From: Thiobacillaceae bacterium
GTDB lineage: Bacteria > Pseudomonadota > Gammaproteobacteria > Burkholderiales > Thiobacillaceae
Direction: 5' to 3'
NCBI GenBank assembly: GCA_049592895.1
Contig: JBAWGM010000070.1
Location: 1-34,518, forward strand
DNA: 34,518 nucleotides
A program made the position numbers and the translations under genes. Each line of letters starts with the position of its first letter. The stretch's first letter is position 1. This document shows, piece by piece, positions 29,346 to 34,518 of this stretch. The notes under the pieces were generated by a model. It saw only the letters and a list, made by a program, of their open reading frames with translations. It was not told the DNA's origin and did not search any database.

Positions 29346-30107
29346 CTACAGCGGGCAAAAATCCGGGTGTTCCAGCACGACGAGTTCCTCCAGCACCGCC
29401 CTTACCTTGGCCATCAGGCCATCCAGGACGGCGCGGATGTCAGCTTCCCGAATGCCGCTCTTGGAAACGCCCCGGCCAGCAGCATCATTGATCACCACCC
29501 CGATGGTGCCATAGCAAAGCCCCAGTTCGCGGGCCAGGTAGGCTTCAGGCATGCCGGTCATGCCTACCATGTCGGCCCCATCCCGTTCAATCCGGTTGAT
29601 CTCGGCCAGGGTTTCCAGACGCGGACCCTGTACTGCGGCATAAACGCCGCCATCCCTCACATTCACCCCGGCACGGGTAGCTGCTGCCAAAATGTCCTTG
29701 CGCATCGCGGAACAGTAGGGCTCGGTAAAATCCACGTGGACCACGGCCTTTTCGCCATAAACGGCAAAGGTGGAGGCCCTTCCATGGGTGTAATCGATAA
29801 TCTGATCCGGCACCACCAGGGAACCTGCCCGCAGGTCTTCCCGGATTCCGCCGACCGCGGCAATGGAAATAATGCGATTCGCCCCCTTTTCCTTCATCGC
29901 CCAGATGTTGGCCCGATAGTTGACCTCATGCGGCGGGATGGTGTGGCCATAGCCGTGCCGCGCCAGGAACACCACCTCTTCACCGCACATACGCCCGAAC
30001 GTCAAGGCACCCGATGGCTCACCATACGGGGTGCGCCGTACCTGGCGGTGGGTGATTTCCAGATTGGTCAATTTGGTCAGTCCGGTACCGCCGATAATTC
30101 CGAGCAC
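29346..30107 (-). CDS. mtnP: S-methyl-5'-thioadenosine/S-methyl-5'-thioinosine phosphorylase (MtnP/PNP family)
   Basis: (M)LGIIGGTGL..., FLARHGYGHTIPPHEVNYRANIWAMK and VGMTGMPEA. I set the start at GTG 30107 with AAGGAG 9 nt upstream, just after the hpt TAA. The ORF extension to 30152 overlaps hpt. Confidence 0.88.
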   Translation of the reverse strand: MLGIIGGTGLTKLTNLEITHRQVRRTPYGEPSGALTFGRMCGEEVVFLARHGYGHTIPPHEVNYRANIWAMKEKGANRIISIAAVGGIREDLRAGSLVVPDQIIDYTHGRASTFAVYGEKAVVHVDFTEPYCSAMRKDILAAATRAGVNVRDGGVYAAVQGPRLETLAEINRIERDGADMVGMTGMPEAYLARELGLCYGTIGVVINDAAGRGVSKSGIREADIRAVLDGLMAKVRAVLEELVVLEHPDFCPL

Positions 30108-30112
30108 TTCCC

Positions 30113-30661
30113 TTACTCCTTCAAAGCGTAGATGGCGGGCAGATTGCGCCACAAACCGTAGGCGTCCATGCCGCAGCCGAATACATAGCGGTCAGGTACG
30201 GTCAGTCCCACATAGTTTGCGGCAATGGGCTTGGGGCGGCCGTGCTCCTTGTCGGTCAAGACCGCGGTCCAGACCTGGCCCGCGCCCAATTCCCGCAACT
30301 TGCCCACCACTGCGGCCAAAGTCTCGCCTTCGTCCAGTATGTCGTCCAGCACCAGCACGGTACGTCCCACCACGCTCTTGCCCGGCAGCACGCGCCACTC
30401 GATGGCGCCGCCCTCCGTCTTGCCCCGGTAGCGGGTGACATGCAGGTAATCGAACTCGAGCGGAAACACCAGGCGCGGCAGCAGTTGGCCGGTGAATACC
30501 ACCGCGCCCCCCATCACCCCGAGCACCAGGGGAAAACTGTCCGCCAGATCGGCGCGGATTTCTTTTGCCAAACGGTCCATCGCCGCCTGCACCGCCTGTT
30601 CGCTGGCGATCAGTTCAGCGCCATCCAGCAGTTCGCGGGCGCGAGACGCTGATTCAGCCAT
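30113..30661 (-). CDS. hpt: Hypoxanthine-guanine phosphoribosyltransferase
   Basis: PRPP-binding loop [14 protein letters not shown]. The C-terminus is [24 protein letters not shown]. The ATG at 30661 overlaps the rlmB stop by 8 nt (ATGGCTGA). Confidence 0.9.
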   Translation of the reverse strand: MAESASRARELLDGAELIASEQAVQAAMDRLAKEIRADLADSFPLVLGVMGGAVVFTGQLLPRLVFPLEFDYLHVTRYRGKTEGGAIEWRVLPGKSVVGRTVLVLDDILDEGETLAAVVGKLRELGAGQVWTAVLTDKEHGRPKPIAANYVGLTVPDRYVFGCGMDAYGLWRNLPAIYALKE

Positions 30662-31391
30662 GATGGGACCTCTGCCGGATGGTTTCGTACAAACAGATGC
30701 CGGCCGACACGGAGACATTCAGGCTTTCAACGCTGCCGACTATGGGAATGCGCACGGCGTCGTCGCAGTTCTCCCTGGTCAGCCGTCGCAAGCCGGCCCC
30801 TTCGGCGCCCAACACCCAGGCGACACCCGTTCTTGCATCTACTTGCGCCAAGCTCTTGGACGCTTCCGCGTCGGCCGCGACAGTCCACACTTCATGTTCC
30901 TTCAGCTCATTCAAACTGCGGGTCAGGTTGGTCACCATCAGATAGGGGACGGTTTCCGCCGCCCCGCACGCGACTTTCTCCACCGTGGCATTCACGCCCA
31001 CGGCCCGGTCTTTGGGAGCGAGCACGGCATGGGCGCCGAATGCGTCGGCGGAACGCAGCACTGCACCCAGGTTATGCGGGTCGGTGACGCCATCCAGCAC
31101 CACGATCAGGGGCGGACCTTCGATGCCCTCCAACACCTCTTCCAGACTGTGCGCCTGAGGCAGGGTTTCCACTTTGGCCACCACCCCTTGATGGCGGGCG
31201 CCGCCCACCATCTTGTCGAGGCGCGTGCAATCCGCAAGCCTGGCGCTGATTCCCCTGCCCTCTGCCAAGGCAAGCAGATCGCGCGCCCGGGCATCGCGCC
31301 GGCTTTCGTCCAGCCAAAGCTCATGCACCGAAGCAGGCGCCGTGCGCAAGCGCGCCTTGACCGCATGAAAACCGTAAATCCAGCGTTCCAT
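30654..31391 (-). CDS. rlmB: 23S rRNA (guanosine-2'-O)-methyltransferase RlmB
   Basis: [16 protein letters not shown]-terminus and SpoU motifs [12 protein letters not shown] and [16 protein letters not shown]. It lies downstream of rnr, as in E. coli. The ATG is at 31391. Confidence 0.92.
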   Translation of the reverse strand: MERWIYGFHAVKARLRTAPASVHELWLDESRRDARARDLLALAEGRGISARLADCTRLDKMVGGARHQGVVAKVETLPQAHSLEEVLEGIEGPPLIVVLDGVTDPHNLGAVLRSADAFGAHAVLAPKDRAVGVNATVEKVACGAAETVPYLMVTNLTRSLNELKEHEVWTVAADAEASKSLAQVDARTGVAWVLGAEGAGLRRLTRENCDDAVRIPIVGSVESLNVSVSAGICLYETIRQRSHHG

Positions 31392-31467
31392 CTTCAACCC
31401 CCTCGCCCGGCTTCGCCACCCTCTCCCCCTGCAAGGGGGAGAGGGGCTGGGGGTGAGGGGGTTGAAG
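31392..31467. repeat. REP-like nested imperfect palindrome in the rnr-rlmB spacer
   Basis: The outer 13-bp stem pairs CTTCAACCCCCTC (31392-31404) with GAGGGGGTTGAAG (31455-31467). The inner 11-bp stem pairs CCCTCTCCCCC (31419-31429) with GGGGGAGAGGG (31435-31445) around a TGCAA loop. The sequence style matches GC-rich REP elements common in proteobacterial intergenic DNA. Confidence 0.7.
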
Positions 31468-31494
31468 CGGAATGGGCGGCCGCGGCGCAAGGCG

Positions 31495-33759
31495 TCATCG
31501 CGAACCTCCTTTCGTCCGCTTTGCTTTGGCTGCAGACTTGGTTTCCGCCTCGTCCACCGCGACCAGGACAAAATCAATCTTGCTGGATTCGATATCAGCC
31601 CGCACCACTTTCACTCGCAGCCTGTCACCGAGACGAAAGCGCTGGCCGGTGCGTTCACCCAGCAGCCAGTGCTTGGCCGGGTCGAAGCGGAAATAATCCT
31701 GGCCCAGTTCGGAGATGTGAACCAGGCCTTCGACAAACACTTCGTCCAGCGCCACGAACAGCCCAAAGCTGGTGACCGAACTGACCGTGCCCCAGAACTC
31801 CGAGCCCAGATGCTCGCGCATGTAGTACGTCTTGAGCCAGGTCTCCACATCCCGGCTGGCGTCGTCCGCCCGCCGCTCGGTCATCGAGCAGTGCGCGCCG
31901 ATGACATCAAGCTTTGACTGCGGCGGCTTCTCTCCCAGCAAGACCGACTTGATGGCGCGGTGGATCAGCAGGTCCGGATAACGCCGGATCGGCGAGGTAA
32001 AGTGCGTGTATTGCTCGTAAGCCAGACCGAAGTGGCCGACGTTGTCCGGGCTATAGACGGCTTGTCTGAGCGAGCGCAGCATCACCGTTTGCAGCAACTG
32101 GGCATCAGGGCGCGGTTTTATTTGCTCGAGCAGATGAGCATAGTCCAGGGCCCTGGGCTCATCTCCGCCCGGCAGATGCAGGCCGAACTCAGTCAGAAAC
32201 TGCTGCAGCAATTCCAGCTTCTCCGGCGTGGGCCCTTCGTGTATGCGGTAAAGTCCGGGCACCTTCTTCTTGCGCAGCAAATCCGAGGCGCACACGTTGG
32301 CGGCCAACATGCACTCCTCGATCAGGCGGTGGGCCTCATTCCTGACCACCGGCTCGATGCGGGTGATCTTGCCCTGATCGTCGAAGATCATGCGCGTCTC
32401 AACGCTCTCGAAATCGATCGCGCCACGCTTCTGGCGCGCCTTGAGCAAGGCCCGATAGGCGATTTCCAAATGCTTCAAATGCGGAAGCAGCGCTGCCTGT
32501 TCATCATGCGGTTGTTCCGCGCCGGACAGCAACGCCCAGACCTGGGTGTAGGTCAGGCGCGCGTGGGAGAACATGACCGCCGGATAGAAACGATAAGACT
32601 TGATCGCACCCTGCATGCCCACCACCATGTCGCACGCCATGCACAGGCGCTCGACCTTGGGATTCAGCGAACACAGCCCATTGGACAGCGCCTCGGGCAG
32701 CATGGGAATGACGCGGCGGGGAAAATAAACCGAGTTGCCGCGCTCGTATGCGTCAAGGTCCAGCGCATCCTTCGGCTGCACATAGTGCGACACGTCTGCA
32801 ATTGCGACCACCAGCCGCAAGCCGCTGCCCGCCGGTTCGCAATACACCGCGTCGTCGAAATCCCTGGCCGTCTCGCCGTCGATGGTTACCAAGGGCAGCG
32901 CCGTGATGTCCTCGCGTCCCGTCCAGTCCTTCTTCAGCACTTTCTTCGGCAAGGCAGCCGCCTGAGCCTGCGCGTGGGGAGAAAACTCGTAGGGCAGTAC
33001 ATGTTTGCGCAACGCGATCTCGATTTCCATCCCGGGATCGGCATAGGAGCCCAACACTTCCACGATGCGTCCCACCGGCTCGGAGTACTTGGTCGGCGGC
33101 GCAACCATTTCCACCGTCACCACCTGGCCATGTGTTGCGCCGCCAGCCTGGTCGCCGGGAATGAGGATGTCCTGGTTGATGCGGCGGTTTTCCGCCACCA
33201 CGAAGCCAACCCCTTTCTCCTGGTAGTAGCGGCCCACGACGCGGGTCTGGCCACGATCCAGCACTTCGACGATCTTGCCTTCGCGCCGCCCACGCCGGTC
33301 GAGTCCTGCTTCCTTGACCAGTACCCGGTCGCCATGCAGCACCTGGTGCATTTCGCGCGGCGAAAGAAACAAGTCAGCCGATGCATCGTCCGGGATGACA
33401 AAGCCGAAGCCTTCCGGATGGCCCTCGACCCGGCCGCGAATCAGCGCAAGCTTGTCCGGCAGGCATAACTGCCCTTTGCGGTTGACCATGAGCTGGCCAT
33501 CCCGCTCCATCGCGTTGAGGCGGCGCTGAAACACATCCCGCTCGTCGGGCTCGATGTCGAGCAATTGAACCAGTTCATCAACCAGCAGGGGTCGCCCCTG
33601 CTCGCCCATGACGTGCAGAGTCCATTCGCGGCTGGGCAGGGGATGCTCGTAACTCGATCGCTCCCGTTCCAGAAACGGGTCCTGATCGCGCAAGCGGTTT
33701 CGGGAACGGCTTCCGGATTTGCGGGGAGCGGATTTGGCGGGCGCTTTTCTCGTTGACAA
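31495..33759 (-). CDS. rnr: Ribonuclease R
   Basis: 754 aa. It has conserved [16 protein letters not shown] near the N-terminus, cold-shock-like domains, an RNB catalytic domain, an S1 domain ([15 protein letters not shown]) and a basic tail. The only in-frame start upstream of the conserved N-terminus is TTG at 33759, with GGAAG 6 nt upstream. Confidence 0.93.
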   Translation of the reverse strand: MSTRKAPAKSAPRKSGSRSRNRLRDQDPFLERERSSYEHPLPSREWTLHVMGEQGRPLLVDELVQLLDIEPDERDVFQRRLNAMERDGQLMVNRKGQLCLPDKLALIRGRVEGHPEGFGFVIPDDASADLFLSPREMHQVLHGDRVLVKEAGLDRRGRREGKIVEVLDRGQTRVVGRYYQEKGVGFVVAENRRINQDILIPGDQAGGATHGQVVTVEMVAPPTKYSEPVGRIVEVLGSYADPGMEIEIALRKHVLPYEFSPHAQAQAAALPKKVLKKDWTGREDITALPLVTIDGETARDFDDAVYCEPAGSGLRLVVAIADVSHYVQPKDALDLDAYERGNSVYFPRRVIPMLPEALSNGLCSLNPKVERLCMACDMVVGMQGAIKSYRFYPAVMFSHARLTYTQVWALLSGAEQPHDEQAALLPHLKHLEIAYRALLKARQKRGAIDFESVETRMIFDDQGKITRIEPVVRNEAHRLIEECMLAANVCASDLLRKKKVPGLYRIHEGPTPEKLELLQQFLTEFGLHLPGGDEPRALDYAHLLEQIKPRPDAQLLQTVMLRSLRQAVYSPDNVGHFGLAYEQYTHFTSPIRRYPDLLIHRAIKSVLLGEKPPQSKLDVIGAHCSMTERRADDASRDVETWLKTYYMREHLGSEFWGTVSSVTSFGLFVALDEVFVEGLVHISELGQDYFRFDPAKHWLLGERTGQRFRLGDRLRVKVVRADIESSKIDFVLVAVDEAETKSAAKAKRTKGGSR

Positions 33760-33781
33760 TTGGGCTTCCGGTCTTTAATAT
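33753..33781 (+). promoter_or_regulatory. Near-consensus sigma70 promoter for tRNA-Leu
   Basis: TTGACA (33753-33758), a 17-nt spacer, then TAATAT (33776-33781), followed by a GC-rich discriminator (TCGCGGC). The tRNA starts at 33794. The -35 box overlaps the rnr TTG start codon on the other strand. Confidence 0.7.
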
Positions 33782-33793
33782 TCGCGGCTCCTG

Positions 33794-33878
<85 letters not shown>

Positions 33879-33888
33879 GAGATAACTT

Positions 33889-33919
33889 AAAGGCAGCTTG
33901 CGCTGCCTTTATTTATTTT
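33889..33919 (+). terminator. Rho-independent terminator after tRNA-Leu
   Basis: AAAGGCAGC-TTGC-GCTGCCTTT (9-bp stem) is followed by ATTTATTTT. Confidence 0.85.
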
Positions 33920-34066
33920 ACCTCTTTCCATCCCTAGTCTGCGTTTCAGAGTTTCTCTCCGTCTATGCGGGAAAACCAACTGGAAAGCCGTTCCTTAACC
34001 GCTATGTGTAATCAAAGACGCGTTGCAAATCTTTCGCTGCCGGAGGCCCAAAGCGGACTTGATAAC

Positions 34067-34348
34067 TCACCGGGTGCGCGCCACTTGTTTGCCGCGCGCT
34101 CTTGCTAGCGACTTGTCCAGCCGTTTGAGCATTTCGTCAGAGGAGACATATGGTCCGGATCGCCTCGCATCTTCACGCGCAGCCAGCCCCCGCGCAATGA
34201 ATTCTCGCTGTGCCTCACGGTGCTCGATGCTCAAACGCACAGCTTCCAGCACAAAGCCCGACAAGGTCTCGCCTTCCTCCAAAACCGATTCAGCCGCCGC
34301 CCGCAGCGCGCTATCCACCCGCAAGGGGAGCAAAGTGGCGTTCTTCAT
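34067..34348 (-). CDS. Ribbon-helix-helix (CopG/Arc/RelB-DinJ-like) antitoxin-type DNA-binding protein, with no adjacent toxin gene
   Basis: 93 aa from ATG 34348, with AAAGGGGA SD 5 nt upstream. LPLRVDSALRAAAESVLEEGETLSGFVLEAVRL fits the RHH beta-alpha-alpha pattern. The ORF extension to 34465 runs through the operator and the repeat. Confidence 0.7.
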   Translation of the reverse strand: MKNATLLPLRVDSALRAAAESVLEEGETLSGFVLEAVRLSIEHREAQREFIARGLAAREDARRSGPYVSSDEMLKRLDKSLARARGKQVARTR

Positions 34349-34360
34349 GACGTCCCCTTT

Positions 34361-34382
34361 CTGTATCGCATATGCGATACAG
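34361..34382. promoter_or_regulatory. Perfect 22-bp palindrome, candidate operator for the RHH protein
   Basis: CTGTATCGCATATGCGATACAG is self-complementary over all 22 nt. It lies 13-34 nt upstream of the RHH start codon. Confidence 0.6.
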
Positions 34383-34410
34383 CGTAGCGGCCACCCATCC
34401 CGCAAGCAAG

Positions 34411-34518
34411 CATTCCGCGCCCGGCCTTGCGGTCGGGCGATGCCGCCTTCTCTTGATCTATCCATAGCTTTGATTGCTTGGTTTCAATCCGCGCCCGGCC
34501 TTGCGGTCGGGCGATGCC
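34411..34518 (-). CRISPR. Probable trailer end of a CRISPR array: one degenerate terminal repeat, one 36-nt spacer and one repeat cut by the window edge
   Basis: The 34-mer CA(T/A)TCCGCGCCCGGCCTTGCGGTCGGGCGATGCC occurs at 34411-34444 and 34485-34518, a 74-nt period. The second copy extends to GTTTCAATCC..., whose reverse complement ends GGATTGAAAC. The internal stem pairs CGCCCGGCC with GGTCGGGCG. Only two copies are visible. Confidence 0.55.

Noticed and set aside
31392-31577. N-terminal extension of the rlmB ORF (MILSWSRW...[23 protein letters not shown]) that overlaps the rnr 3' end.
   Set aside because: The extension is a read-through of the REP-like palindrome and overlaps rnr. The conserved RlmB N-terminus begins at the ATG at 31391 ([11 protein letters not shown]).
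31960-33468. A 502-aa plus-strand ORF antisense to rnr. Similar long antisense ORFs occur at 18263-19585 (440 aa, vs dxr/cdsA), 30492-31775 (427 aa), 21487-22764 (425 aa), 25463-26845 (460 aa, vs glnD), 15791-16894 (367 aa, vs bamA), 12860-13879 (339 aa, vs lpxD), 2666-3526, 6178-7029, 22464-23297, 11668-12480 and 29367-30131.
   Set aside because: These are shadow ORFs typical of GC-rich DNA. Each lies fully opposite a gene with clear family motifs. Their translations are low-complexity and rich in R/G/A/H/Q/P with no recognisable motifs, and they lack SD sequences.
33965-34108. 47-aa plus-strand ORF (MRENQLESRSLTAMCNQRR...) overlapping the 3' end of the RHH gene, considered as a possible toxin or integrase remnant.
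   Set aside because: It has no SD and no recognisable toxin or integrase motifs, and its convergent overlap with the RHH gene is not a TA-like arrangement. I also found no toxin-sized ORF co-oriented with the RHH gene.
34349-34465. 5' extension of the RHH ORF (132-aa version starting at 34465).
   Set aside because: The extension translates the palindromic operator and the first CRISPR-like repeat. The ATG at 34348 has a good SD and yields a typical roughly 90-aa RHH protein.

Overview
GC-rich chromosomal segment whose gene content and order look betaproteobacterial (inference from memory). Most of it is conserved housekeeping DNA. About 14 kb on the minus strand is the classic supraoperon rpsB-tsf-pyrH-frr-uppS-cdsA-dxr-rseP-bamA-skp-lpxD-fabZ-lpxA-lpxB-rnhB, with map-glnD divergent from rpsB. 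A second minus-strand operon runs rnr-rlmB-hpt-mtnP-def and is followed by two small unknown ORFs. The left end carries a 5'-truncated YhiN-type flavoprotein, ppsA and ppsR arranged head to head, and a TrmH-family methyltransferase. The non-core or unusual parts are as follows. (1) The last about 110 nt look like the degenerate trailer end of a CRISPR array running off the window; the repeat reads ...GGATTGAAAC on the minus strand. It lies just past a tRNA-Leu(CAG) and an orphan ribbon-helix-helix gene that has a perfect 22-bp palindromic operator. (2) A 1215-aa protein combines PilZ, a DUF1631-like region, a degenerate GGDEF domain and an EAL domain. Next to it is an orphan SenB-like GT4 glycosyltransferase, and the pair sits between rnhB and the TrmH gene. 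(3) A 76-nt nested REP-like palindrome lies between rnr and rlmB. (4) ppsA and its regulator ppsR are divergent with only about 10 bp between their start codons. (5) About 660 nt of lower-GC intergenic DNA separates rpsB from map; only the rpsB promoter and leader part is explained. (6) Two uncharacterised small ORFs lie downstream of def, one with a remote FlaF-like pattern. I see no complete novel multi-gene system inside the window. The CRISPR edge and tRNA-flanked accessory junction at the right end is the best lead and needs flanking sequence. All family assignments come from motif recognition by eye, with no searches run.
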